Shown here: positions 55,801-64,000 of the stretch, piece by piece
Layout: each line of letters begins with the position of its first letter
Numbering within the stretch: the stretch's first letter is position 1
Source of the DNA: an uncultured Candidatus Sumerlaeota bacterium
Lineage (GTDB): Bacteria > Bacillota > SLNR01
Assembly (NCBI GenBank): GCA_964600665.1
Contig: CAZRKC010000006.1
Coordinates: forward strand, 11,319-75,318
Direction of reading: 5' to 3'
DNA length: 64,000 nucleotides
Translations under genes and position numbers: made by a program
The notes under the pieces: model-generated
Told to the model about the DNA's origin: nothing
What the model saw: only the letters and a program-made list of their open reading frames with translations
Database searches by the model: none

Positions 55801-55944
55801 ATATACGGCAGCGACTGGAAAGTTCATCTCCGGCAACAAATCAATCGAAAGTCTGCTAAGGGACACGGCACCCAACAGCATCGACAGTAAAATCAGCATC
55901 ACGATCGTCACCGGATGCTTGATGGCATAGTCAGCAAGTCTCAT
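52852..55944 (-). CDS. RND-family efflux transporter (AcrB/HAE type)
   Basis: Start ATG 55944 (MRLADYAIKHPV), overlapping the mfp stop as ATGA. About 1030 aa with a 12-TM / two-large-loop layout. Has VDNAIVVLE and VVNNAIVLVD motifs. Confidence 0.9.
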   Translation of the reverse strand: MRLADYAIKHPVTIVMLILLSMLLGAVSLSRLSIDLLPEMNFPVAAVYTVYEGAGPEEIENLVTRPLEETLGTVNNVESISSTTSSGVSLVIIEFNWNTNMDFATLQMREKLDLIRRILPAEAGSPLVFKFDPSMMPVMQIGMGGSDDLAAIKKFGSDVVKGRLERLDGVASVSISGGLDRVIQVNLHPEAMYGYGISTSSVVQALAAQNLNLPGGTIEDGRTELLLRTVGIFQSVEEIAQIPIMSTQGFIVRLGDVAEVKDDYRDQTQFAFMNGEPSVSISIQKQTNANTVRVARLVKQELVKLNAETPAITYNTIFDQSVFVERSISVLTNSALYGGFLAVLVLFLFLRSFRTTMIIGISIPISIITTFILIHFAGLTLNMLSLGGLALGVGMLVDNAIVVLESIFRYRQEGYPPIEAAQLGSKEVGTAIIASTLTTVVVFLPVVYVQGLASIIFKELALTVIFSLLMSLTVSLTLIPMLSSRMLRGRPRVETKAGMYLRLVQWYQKQLRWALRHRKVFVAIGVLLFVLGAAMVTFIGAEFLPTVDQGRLSVSIRLPAGSRLTDTHEIAEKVAAIVRTVPELDTIFMNVGSGGLSMMGGSSSPNRATVDVKLVTLAERDRRTSEVVEELRGKIALIPGAEFNVRETDMMMMGGGFGGDPIVVKIKGDDLDLLKDLAEDSVARIEAVPGTREVSSSVGEGRPEMQIIVERDKAATMGMTVYQAALAIRSALSGQTATRYKVSGDEIDVVVQLEPESIQVAQDLMWLPVTTPLGTTVPLSDIATFKYDVGPISIAREGQSRIVEVSVDVFGRDLNSVTKEIQGTLAELNLPEGYSIEYGGQNQEMWDAFGNLAFAFVLALVLVYMVMASQFESLVHPLTIMFSVPFALVGVTMSLAITGRTINVASVIGIIMLAGIVVNNAIVLVDYINQLRENGEERTTAIINAGGTRLRPILMTTLTTVLALFPMALGIGAGAELLAPLSTVVIGGLVASTLLTLFIVPVTYSIFDDLGRRWDRTRKAIPSEGRDGTW

Positions 55945-57077
55945 AGGGGATCCCTCCAACCCTGGACTTTGACCTCTGCTTGATGGGAGAGGTATTGTTG
56001 ACCAACCACCACAACCAGATCACCTGCTATGATACCAGAGGTGATTTCAATGGATTCGTTCGTGGAAAATCCAGTTGTTACTTCCCGCTCCACGGCTATA
56101 TTTCCTTGAACCACATACACCACCTGTTTACCCATACGCACTAACACCGCTTCTTTGGGAATCAACAAAACATCCTCGTAAGTTTCAACAGGAATTTCTG
56201 CCTGGGCAAACATTCCGATTTTCAACCCCTGCTGACTGTAAGAACCGCCTTTTTCTGCTCCACCTAAGCGAATCCGGACCTTATACCCCCGGGTCATGGC
56301 ATCGATGATGGGGCTGATGGTAGATACTTCTCCCCGCAATGGGTATTCAGAGAAAGACCGAACATGGATCATCACTTCCTGGCCAACGGTAATCTGATTG
56401 ATTTGATTCTCAAAAACAGTGATATCCACATACATGACACTCATGTCCACCAGGACCATCACGGGATTGCCGGCTGCTGCGATTCCATGGCGAACCGCAT
56501 TGACAATGGCAACAGTACCTGCTGCCGGGGCTTTGACAATATAATTTTCTTTTTGAGCTTTAGCCTGTGCCAATGCTGTCTGGACTTGGGTCAACTGAGA
56601 CGAAATTGCCTGCATCTCAGTCAATAGAGACGCCAACCGTTGCGCTGGTTCCAGCGGATTTTCCGGAAGCGGATCAGGCACTCCCAGCAAGGACTGAATT
56701 TCTGCTTCAATTTCAGCCGTCCGCAGAATCATGGTTCGTGATGCAGATTCCAATTGTTTGATCTGCGCACTGATGACCGCATCATCCATAACCAACAGGA
56801 CCTGGTTCTTTTTGACGGTATCCCCGAGTTTGACCCGCACCTCTTTCACATAACCGCTGACTAAAGAAACCACCGGGATCTCCCCAGCCGACATCACCCG
56901 CCCGCTGAAACGGGCAGACGAAGACAGGTCTCCTGTCGCTGCAGTGTGGACCATGACGGGAATCGGTGCTGGCTCTTCATTCTCGATCACCTTTTTTTGG
57001 ATCAAGCTGCATCCAGTTAGACATCCACTTAATAAAAGTATGAGAATGACTTTCGCAATGTGGTTGGTTTTACCCAT
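55941..57077 (-). CDS. RND efflux membrane-fusion (periplasmic adaptor) lipoprotein
   Basis: 378 aa. Lipobox LLSGCLTGC, a coiled-coil hairpin region, and barrel-sandwich motifs (VKKNQVLLVMDD). Confidence 0.8.
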   Translation of the reverse strand: MGKTNHIAKVILILLLSGCLTGCSLIQKKVIENEEPAPIPVMVHTAATGDLSSSARFSGRVMSAGEIPVVSLVSGYVKEVRVKLGDTVKKNQVLLVMDDAVISAQIKQLESASRTMILRTAEIEAEIQSLLGVPDPLPENPLEPAQRLASLLTEMQAISSQLTQVQTALAQAKAQKENYIVKAPAAGTVAIVNAVRHGIAAAGNPVMVLVDMSVMYVDITVFENQINQITVGQEVMIHVRSFSEYPLRGEVSTISPIIDAMTRGYKVRIRLGGAEKGGSYSQQGLKIGMFAQAEIPVETYEDVLLIPKEAVLVRMGKQVVYVVQGNIAVEREVTTGFSTNESIEITSGIIAGDLVVVVGQQYLSHQAEVKVQGWRDPL

Positions 57078-57097
57078 CGTGAATCCTCCTATTCGTG

Positions 57098-57113
57098 CTG
57101 ACCGACCGGTCAG
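57098..57113. promoter_or_regulatory. Candidate TetR operator upstream of the RND operon
   Basis: Inverted repeat CTGACCG-ac-CGGTCAG, located 8 nt upstream of the mfp RBS (AGGAGG). Confidence 0.35.
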
Positions 57114-57258
57114 TCATAAGCAGATTATACCACAACCACCGGGACGAGCAAGGGCCTTCGCAAAAAAAAACGAAGACCCTGATACCCTCATCACACGATA
57201 CGGAATAGACGAATCGAAACCCCTTGCGAGTCATTTGCTTATGAGAACTGTCTCATCA

Positions 57259-58332
57259 TCAGTGTTCTAGCAATTTCAAAGCCACCTCAGCATTGCTGAG
57301 CGCTTTCGCAGCCAAATCAGGTATGATCAAATCGAGATGACTTCGCACATCCAGTCGATGTTCCCACAAGGCTTGCATATGCGCTGCCAGGTGATCACTC
57401 GTCATACCATGCAGATCCACCACCCATTGATCCAGTCCCATCTCTGCAGCCACTTGTCTAACCTTGGGATCATATGCAACACCAATGAAGGGTATTCGGT
57501 GGGCTGCCGCCAGGATAAGTCCGTGCAACCGCATGCTGATCATCAGATCGATTCCCTCCAAACCACTGACTGTGCCGTCCGAGTGGAGGACGGGTTGTCG
57601 GGTTTCCGCGTTCGCCCAGTCTAATGAGTATGCTGTTGCCAAGGGCACATCAGTGGTTTCCATGGGTAACCATATGATCTGCCCCGGTTCATTTTGCATA
57701 AACAGGCGAATCGCCTCTACCATCACAGGCAATACATCTTCAATTCCCGGCCAATGTCGAACGCTGATCCCGATTCGGATAATTCCATCCTCACGGTCTT
57801 TCGTGCGGACCGCAGTCATCGCAAATGCAGGATCCGCAGTGACCGACATCGGCGGGCGCTTAACTCCCAACCGCTTCAGTTCCACCCATGAGTCCCGGTC
57901 CCGTAATGTAATGGCATGGACCTGATTACTGACAACCTTCACCATCCAGCTGGCAAATTGGGTCCGCAATGGGCCAATGCCTTGAGCATAATACATCACT
58001 TTACACCCCGCAAAAAGCGCCATTTTGACCCGGAAAAGCCAGTATGGTACATTGCGTAACTCCCGGTCCTGCAGGAGACCACCGCCGCCAAGAATCAACA
58101 GATCCGTTTTCTGCATCGCACCCCATATCGCCGGAATCCCTGCATAACGTCGGCCGATGTACATGGCATTGACTCGATGCAATGCCTGCGTTTGCTCTGG
58201 ATCTCCGGATAAGACGGTAATCTGAACAGACGGGTCTGTCTTCCTCAATCCGCTGATCATGTTGGCAAGAATCAGCTCATCGCCAAAATTTCCATATCCG
58301 TAATATCCCAGGATCATGATTCGCTTCGCCAT
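57259..58332 (-). CDS. csaB: Polysaccharide pyruvyl transferase CsaB
   Basis: Start ATG 58332 (MAKRIMILGYYGYGNFGDELIL) after CAGGAGG. The overall length (about 357 aa) and the N-terminal GYYGxxNxGDE motif are typical of CsaB. Confidence 0.75.
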   Translation of the reverse strand: MAKRIMILGYYGYGNFGDELILANMISGLRKTDPSVQITVLSGDPEQTQALHRVNAMYIGRRYAGIPAIWGAMQKTDLLILGGGGLLQDRELRNVPYWLFRVKMALFAGCKVMYYAQGIGPLRTQFASWMVKVVSNQVHAITLRDRDSWVELKRLGVKRPPMSVTADPAFAMTAVRTKDREDGIIRIGISVRHWPGIEDVLPVMVEAIRLFMQNEPGQIIWLPMETTDVPLATAYSLDWANAETRQPVLHSDGTVSGLEGIDLMISMRLHGLILAAAHRIPFIGVAYDPKVRQVAAEMGLDQWVVDLHGMTSDHLAAHMQALWEHRLDVRSHLDLIIPDLAAKALSNAEVALKLLEH

Positions 58333-58343
58333 AGTACCTCCTG

Positions 58344-59513
58344 TCAATGTCGCCCTCGGCGTGCAGCCGGGTTCCGATCACCATTGCCGTTGAGTAATTC
58401 ATCATACAGATCAGCCGTCAACGCCGCCGGAACGTCCATTGAAAATCCATCTCGCACCGTTCGTTTTCCTGCCAAAGACAGGGCAATGGCTTTGACAGGG
58501 TCCTCCATCAAAGCAATGATTCGATCCGCCAATTCGTTGGGTTGCCGTGGTTTGACCAGGATACCGTTTTTCTGATGTGTAATCACTTCCGGGATTCCGC
58601 CCACAGCAGTTGCGACAATCGGCAGGCCGGCAGCCATCGCCTCCAGCATCACAATCGGCAACCCTTCCGATAATGAAGTAATCACAAATACATCCATCGC
58701 AAAAAAAATGTCCGCAGTATCTGCCCGGTATCCAGTGAAAATGACCTGTTCGCTGATTCCCAAATTGGCCGCCTGCTCTTTCAGCTTCTCAAGACAAGGA
58801 CCGTCTCCCACCATCAAGAAACATATATCCTTCTCAAAGGATTTAATTTTCCCAGCGGCTGTCAGAAAATCTTCATACCCTTTGATGGGCACCAATCGTC
58901 CCACGGTCCCAATCACGCGCGTCGATGTATGGATACCAAGGGCAGCCTTCGCTTTACGCTTGACTTGGTCACCATCCACCTGATAGGGGCTCAGATCGAT
59001 GCCGTTATGGATCACGGTAAACTTCTCCTTTGGAAACCCTTGTTGAATCAAATTTTCCTTGAGTTGACCGGAAACGGCAATCAAGCGTTCGGCCAATGTT
59101 GACGATAATCGGTCAACATATGTAAACACAGAATTGGCAAAGGGTGTGGGATAGTCCAGTGAAACCAAACTATGCATCGTAGACAGGATATGGGTCACCC
59201 GCGCCATTTTAGCAGCGATCCGTCCGACTAGATTTGCCCTGACTCCATGCGTCTGCACGATTACCGGCCGGATGCGTTTAAAGTGTTTCCGGAGACGGAA
59301 AACTGCCCCCACATCTAGATGGTGGTACATTGGGATAACCGTCACATCCAACCCCGATTCTCGGGCCTCTTCTGCTAAAGGTCCATCATTGAGGCAGACT
59401 AAAGAGCAGTTAAATCGTGTGGAATCCATATGGGTGAGCAAAGCCAATATATGGGTCTTTGCTCCACCCCTGTCTCCCCCACCGGCAACATGGCATATGA
59501 TATGTCTATTCAA
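58344..59513 (-). CDS. Glycosyltransferase family 4 (GT-B, Glycos_transf_1)
   Basis: Preferred TTG 59513 lies 5 nt after GGAGGTG; the ORF is open to 59564. Has HVAGGGDRGGAKTHIL, FTGYRADTADIFFAMDVFVITSLSEGLPIVMLEAMAAGLPIVATAVGGIPEV (EX7E region). Confidence 0.8.
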   Translation of the reverse strand: MNRHIICHVAGGGDRGGAKTHILALLTHMDSTRFNCSLVCLNDGPLAEEARESGLDVTVIPMYHHLDVGAVFRLRKHFKRIRPVIVQTHGVRANLVGRIAAKMARVTHILSTMHSLVSLDYPTPFANSVFTYVDRLSSTLAERLIAVSGQLKENLIQQGFPKEKFTVIHNGIDLSPYQVDGDQVKRKAKAALGIHTSTRVIGTVGRLVPIKGYEDFLTAAGKIKSFEKDICFLMVGDGPCLEKLKEQAANLGISEQVIFTGYRADTADIFFAMDVFVITSLSEGLPIVMLEAMAAGLPIVATAVGGIPEVITHQKNGILVKPRQPNELADRIIALMEDPVKAIALSLAGKRTVRDGFSMDVPAALTADLYDELLNGNGDRNPAARRGRH

Positions 59514-59536
59514 TGATACACCTCCAGACATGCCGT

Positions 59537-61522
59537 TCAACCGCGCACACGCTTTTCGTGCCATCGCAGCAATCCATCAAAAGCCAAAATCCCGATTACA
59601 CCCACAACAGCACCCAGCCAGAGTCCATTCCCGGTTCGGATCACGCCCATCATCAGCGGCGCTCGAATATGGACAAATGTATTGATGATGCTGATCTGGC
59701 CAATGGCTCCCAGGATAAAAAACAATCCCAAGTATCGTCTCCATCCCCGAATGGCAGCGGCCACAGCTAAAATCAAGAAAGGATGGCCAACCAAAAACTC
59801 TTTCGTCCTTGGTCGTACCCATAACAAGTGATCCAGATATCGGCGTATCGTCAGTTCCCAAGTGCTGACAGATGTATGCCCCGAACGGAGCATATAAACT
59901 GCTAGAACAATCCCGCAGAAACCCAGAATCATGATATCACTTCGCTGCCACCGTCGGGGAAATAATGTCCGCTGTCCGGACACGGCCATGGCTTCCCGGG
60001 AAAAACTACTGCCCCAATAATAGCTGACCGCTACAATTGCCAGCGGCAAAATGTACATCAACTTAACACCTCTAAAAAAATCCATGTCCAAAACATGTCG
60101 GATATCGGTTAAGTAAGCCGCTACAATACATGCACCTGCCAAAGACACAAAGCACGCATTCAGCCAGAGACGAACGCCGGTTATGATCATTGCTAAACGG
60201 TTTGTTGTCTTCCCCGCTGTCAACCAGGGGTTATTCATTAACCCAACAACGGCCAAAGCTGAGAACACCACTGCCCCCCCTAATGGCCATGCGGCACGGA
60301 GCAGTTCAGCTCCTTCCCACATGATCGACAGCAATGCAAACAGGAAACCAAAAGCCAGCAATAACCACGCTTGCATAACAGTGAGGGGCTTCAAGCGCAT
60401 GAGAAGAATCATTGCTGCCGAGACCATACCCATCATCAGAATCAGGCTCATCCACCAAGGCGGCGCAAAGTTTGGATATAGACTTACAGGACCGGTTGAA
60501 TAACCTGCCTTTGCGAACTGAGACCGAATATCTTGAATAAAAACAGTATTGATTGTCACAAAATCCTTTCCATCGGTTACAACCAGTGGACGTGTGTAAT
60601 AAATCCGGATATTATACTCCTTCACCAGTTCAACACCCCACTGAATCAATCGGTCGATGGTCATCTGTTCGAATTCATATTGGGCAGTGGTGGCGACTCG
60701 CCCTACCCGATAATCGATGCGGGAAGCAAGCTCCCTTTCACCAACCAGCGGCAGATGACTGAGTAATGTTTCCCCGTTGAAAAAGAGTCCAAATACAGCC
60801 TGATTGCGTTGAATATTGAACGCAAAATCATCGATCAAATCTGGATATCCGTACACAACTGGACCATCACACATGACAGCACCGATCGGAGCATATCGTT
60901 CCAGCTGGGCAAAGCTCTCAGCCAATGCCTGCCGGTCGAGACGGTCATAATGGTAGAAGGTGACTGCTAACTCAAGACCGCTGTCTTGAAGCGGCACCAG
61001 GGGATCAAGAAAGAAACCGGTCCGAAGACGCTTGACGGTATTGATATCACTTTCAATCTCCAATATCCGGATGGTGTCGGTGGAGATGTCCAGGACCGTA
61101 CCAGCCGGCAGTCTCATCATCATGGCATCTTTTAACCACAAGAATAATCTCTCATCCTGGCATGCAATATAAACCCGGTCTGCCTTGATGGCATCTGGAA
61201 TAGTCACCTCACCATATTCAGCATCCACATGTCCAGCCAGATCTTGCCCCGTTGACACGATGATTTCGCCTGCCCCGTTGATGCCACTGACGGTCCTTTC
61301 CCGCAAACCAACGGCATCCAACCCCGCTGCCTTCAACGCGGACAAAATCTCTTCAACCGGAATTTTATGTTCCTTGGCTTGAGCCAGGATATTCTGATAA
61401 TCCATAACCAGATAAACCTGTTTTGAATTCATATCCATTTGATGTCGAGCACCCAAACCCATCATGCCGACTATGATTGCCATCAAAATGGTCAATCCCA
61501 AAACGCGATTGAGACGCAGCAT
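59537..61522 (-). CDS. Large membrane protein: N-terminal extracytoplasmic domain plus about 9-10 TM (DUF5693-like)
   Basis: 661 aa. Has one N-terminal TM, a roughly 300-aa soluble region, then a polytopic C-terminal half. I recall this gene order (with GT4 and csaB) from DUF5693 family genes in Firmicutes; this was not verified. Confidence 0.4.
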   Translation of the reverse strand: MLRLNRVLGLTILMAIIVGMMGLGARHQMDMNSKQVYLVMDYQNILAQAKEHKIPVEEILSALKAAGLDAVGLRERTVSGINGAGEIIVSTGQDLAGHVDAEYGEVTIPDAIKADRVYIACQDERLFLWLKDAMMMRLPAGTVLDISTDTIRILEIESDINTVKRLRTGFFLDPLVPLQDSGLELAVTFYHYDRLDRQALAESFAQLERYAPIGAVMCDGPVVYGYPDLIDDFAFNIQRNQAVFGLFFNGETLLSHLPLVGERELASRIDYRVGRVATTAQYEFEQMTIDRLIQWGVELVKEYNIRIYYTRPLVVTDGKDFVTINTVFIQDIRSQFAKAGYSTGPVSLYPNFAPPWWMSLILMMGMVSAAMILLMRLKPLTVMQAWLLLAFGFLFALLSIMWEGAELLRAAWPLGGAVVFSALAVVGLMNNPWLTAGKTTNRLAMIITGVRLWLNACFVSLAGACIVAAYLTDIRHVLDMDFFRGVKLMYILPLAIVAVSYYWGSSFSREAMAVSGQRTLFPRRWQRSDIMILGFCGIVLAVYMLRSGHTSVSTWELTIRRYLDHLLWVRPRTKEFLVGHPFLILAVAAAIRGWRRYLGLFFILGAIGQISIINTFVHIRAPLMMGVIRTGNGLWLGAVVGVIGILAFDGLLRWHEKRVRG

Positions 61523-61644
61523 CCTGATTCCCCCATCTATCGTTGCTCGAACTTAGTTTATTCGCTGTCAGGAGGTAATCCCCTGCCTCTGTCCGCGTAA
61601 ATGGAAAATCCCCGGCTGACTGCCAGGGACCATTGGATTACGGA

Positions 61645-62406
61645 TTAAAGATTCATCCACTCTTCCAAGGGGATACCCGATTGGATCAAAGCAGCGATGG
61701 CCAGGACTATCACCAGAACGGTTAAGAATATGAATGCAATAATTGGAATGAAAAAGGTCAGTAAAGCTTTTGATAAAGAGAATCGATGACTGATCCGAAT
61801 CGCCATGATATACAAACAAAATACCCAAAAGCTGATTGCAAACGATACAAACCGGTATATCGATGGAAATGGACCTGCTAAAAGAAGTGAAGCCGGAGAA
61901 GAAAATATCGACGGGACCGCAGCGAAGCCTAGACTCGCAAAAAGTCCCGACCCACTTCCTTTGCCGCCCATGAATTCTCCTAAAAGTTGAAATATCGCAG
62001 CGGAGAAGAACCAGAAAATCAACGCGATGGCCAATCCGATGGGCACGAGATACAGATAGATCTGGTTGATCATTGGTCCAAATACATCTCCGAAATCACC
62101 GGAAACAGTCGAAGAAGACGCTAGCACCGATAGGGTTTGAATAATCAAGAATGTCACTATCGCTGTCCCCACAGGCTTGGTTATACTGATCGATCGTAAA
62201 GTAGCTCGGGGAGAAACGATCATTCCATAGAGAATCTCCAACAATGTCAGCCGTTTGGGTACATCGGGCGGCTGAACAACCTCCGGACTGATTTCGGGAA
62301 CGGTCGTTGCTTCAGCAGCTTGTTGAGGTGCATCCATGATTGTTTCCAGTGCTTCTGTCTCCGTTGTCTTTTCCAAATCGTCCATTATCTGTTCCTCCTT
62401 CATCAA
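61645..62406 (-). CDS. Yip1-like multi-pass membrane protein with acidic N-terminal tail
   Basis: 253 aa. Has an acidic N-terminus followed by 5 hydrophobic segments. It overlaps the sppA stop by 4 nt. Confidence 0.45.
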   Translation of the reverse strand: MMKEEQIMDDLEKTTETEALETIMDAPQQAAEATTVPEISPEVVQPPDVPKRLTLLEILYGMIVSPRATLRSISITKPVGTAIVTFLIIQTLSVLASSSTVSGDFGDVFGPMINQIYLYLVPIGLAIALIFWFFSAAIFQLLGEFMGGKGSGSGLFASLGFAAVPSIFSSPASLLLAGPFPSIYRFVSFAISFWVFCLYIMAIRISHRFSLSKALLTFFIPIIAFIFLTVLVIVLAIAALIQSGIPLEEWMNL

Positions 62407-63335
62407 CGCATCATCCCTCCATCATATATGAGCAGCAAGTGGTTCAAGAGGGATCGCTCCGCATTCTTCCCCCAACCCATCATGCTATCTGCCTGGAGCT
62501 TGAAAATATCCCAGAATGAATATGAACGATAATCTTCCAGATAATATGTGCCTTCGATACCAGCTCGATCCGCTGCCACATCGATAGCGGCGTTGAAATT
62601 ACCGATTTCATCCACAAGTCCTGCATCCAGCGCCTGTTTGCCTGTCAGTACCCGCCCATCGGCCAATGCTTTCACAGCGGCCTCATCCATTTCCCGACCT
62701 TGGGCAACAACTTGCACAAACTGGGCATAGATGTCATCCACCATCGTTTGAAACAGAGCAATTTCAGCCGCAGTCGGCTGGCGCGAGTCAGAGCCCATAT
62801 CTTTAAAAGTTCCGCTTTTGATCACAATCGAATCAATCCCTAATTTCTCATAGAGTCCTTCATAGTTACTCAATTGTGTAATCACACCGATGCTACCTGT
62901 TGTTGTTGCAGCATTCGCAACGATCCAATCTGCATGGGCAGCAATCCAGTAACCTCCAGAAGCAGCCACATCGCCCATGGAGGCCACGACCGTTTTCCCA
63001 GCATCTCTGAGCTTCTTGACTTCTGTACCAATTTCCTCAGAAGCCGCAGCACTCCCGCCGGGGCTGTTGATTCGAATCACCACAGCTTTGACTTGAGGGT
63101 CTTTGCGGGCTTGAGAGATCAAGTTGATCACATCATCTGAGCCTACCACCGTGCCGAGGATGCTGGATCCACTGCGGCCGCCCGCAATGACCCCTTCAAT
63201 GTATATCACGGCAATCTTATCTGTACCGTAACGAGTCACCGGATTGACGACCGGTGCTTGCCGGAACACACCCACCAAAACCATCACCACAACCAATATC
63301 AGAATCAAGCCACCATACGTCGATTGCTTAGACAC
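62403..63335 (-). CDS. sppA: Signal peptide peptidase SppA (36K type, S49)
   Basis: Preferred GTG 63335 (VSKQSTYGGLILIL) lies 6 nt after AGGGAGGG; the ORF is open to 63434. Has IRINSPGGSAAASEEI and the catalytic-Ser context GDVAASGGYWIA. Confidence 0.85.
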   Translation of the reverse strand: MSKQSTYGGLILILVVVMVLVGVFRQAPVVNPVTRYGTDKIAVIYIEGVIAGGRSGSSILGTVVGSDDVINLISQARKDPQVKAVVIRINSPGGSAAASEEIGTEVKKLRDAGKTVVASMGDVAASGGYWIAAHADWIVANAATTTGSIGVITQLSNYEGLYEKLGIDSIVIKSGTFKDMGSDSRQPTAAEIALFQTMVDDIYAQFVQVVAQGREMDEAAVKALADGRVLTGKQALDAGLVDEIGNFNAAIDVAADRAGIEGTYYLEDYRSYSFWDIFKLQADSMMGWGKNAERSLLNHLLLIYDGGMMR

Positions 63336-63508
63336 AAAAAGCCCTCCCTGTATCAAAATACCAATTTCCATGATTTCGGCATCTCCTACAGGAATCCTCC
63401 TGCATCCATGCGCAATCATGAAGAAGGAATCCACCGATCACAAGCGAATCAAAGCATCAGGGTATGCTGAGCTTGATTTGAATAATGGAGGCGGGTACCT
63501 TGCGTAAA

Positions 63509-64000
63509 ATGAAGCGGCTGCTCAAGAACATGGTGATTGCCCTCATAATTATCCTGATGGCAACTCTCATTTACTTTCAGATGAGTTTCTACCCGGCACT
63601 CGACAGTGCTTCCTCTTGTTACACCAACAATCCCAATGCCACGATTGAAGGCGGGATGATCACCTTTAAGCCCGTTCATAACAGCCCCACCGTGGGGGTC
63701 ATCATATACCCTGGAGGTAATGTGGATTTTGCAGCCTACGCTCCCTTGGCAGCACAGATCAGTGCCGGAGGTTATCCCGTTTACTTACTCCGCATGCCGA
63801 TGAATCTAGCTGTCTTTGGGATTAATCGGGCAAATGAAGTCATTCAATCAAACCCGCAAATTAATCATTGGATCATGATGGGTCATTCTCTGGGAGGTTC
63901 AATGGCAGCCCGTTTTTCGAAATCCCACGCACAACAGGTTTCCGGCTTAGTCTTGCTGGCGGCATATTCAGATACGGATCTGTCAGACATGGGCATCCAT
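63509..64000 (+). CDS. Alpha/beta hydrolase, membrane-anchored (3' end beyond window)
   Basis: Start ATG 63509, or in-frame TTG 63500 8 nt after GGAGG. Translates to MKRLLKNMVIALIIILMATLIYF (TM)...VGVIIYPGGNVDFAAYAPLA...nucleophile elbow MMGHSLGGSMAA. It is open to the window end, so it is absent from the ORF track. Confidence 0.7.
   Translation, partial: MKRLLKNMVIALIIILMATLIYFQMSFYPALDSASSCYTNNPNATIEGGMITFKPVHNSPTVGVIIYPGGNVDFAAYAPLAAQISAGGYPVYLLRMPMNLAVFGINRANEVIQSNPQINHWIMMGHSLGGSMAARFSKSHAQQVSGLVLLAAYSDTDLSDMGIH

Noticed and set aside
57140-57190. Hairpin CTTCG-A9-CGAAG downstream of csaB
   Set aside because: It has a 5-bp stem with a homopolymer loop, which is too weak to call as a terminator with confidence.
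1-64000. Looked for tRNA/rRNA genes, CRISPR arrays, IS elements/transposases, integrases, toxin-antitoxin pairs, restriction-modification or other defence genes, and long direct repeats
   Set aside because: None were recognised by eye. There were no GTTCGAATC-type T-loop contexts, no regularly spaced repeats, and no DDE or tyrosine-recombinase motifs. A computational scan (tRNAscan-SE, Infernal, CRISPR finders, self dot-plot) would be needed to exclude short or degenerate elements.

Overview
All calls are by-eye reading of the sequence and ORF track; no searches or HMM/covariance models were run, and family names rest on recognised motifs. The window looks like a Bacillota (Firmicutes) chromosomal segment. 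Most genes lie on the minus strand. The core (about 18.9-36 kb) is a housekeeping block whose order closely mirrors the Bacillus subtilis region spo0F-fbaA-tal-glpX-rho-rpmE ... prfA-prmC-ywlC-ywlE-rpiB-glyA-upp ... mnaA/tagO-murA. Flanking it are: (i) a type IV pilus sub-operon, pilD / PilP-like / LysM + PilQ-N-domain protein with no secretin barrel / pilT, behind a roughly 400-nt untranslated leader; (ii) two large surface proteins with a non-canonical E-IPDTG sorting signal; (iii) tungsten-type aldehyde:ferredoxin oxidoreductase, pgi and mreB; (iv) a PAS/GAF/GGDEF/HD-GYP sensor with a 1-nt frameshift; (v) a CIRCE-controlled hsp20 broken by three 1-nt deletions; (vi) a SAM-I riboswitch in front of metF; (vii) a degenerate WxL-like / DUF916-like surface cassette; (viii) an envelope-stress module (small helical secreted protein, HtrA, OmpR-type RR, HK); (ix) hypB-cadA-arsR and an mfp-RND-tetR operon; (x) a DUF5693-like/GT4/csaB secondary cell wall polymer cluster, then yip1-sppA. 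No tRNA, rRNA, CRISPR array, transposase or obvious prophage/defence gene was seen. The best candidate for something undescribed is the barrel-less, peptidoglycan-anchored PilQ-like ring protein with its PilP-like partner. Runners-up are the two unknown genes wedged between spo0F-like and fba, and the divergent WxL-like cassette. Start codons were chosen by RBS inspection and may be off by a few codons.
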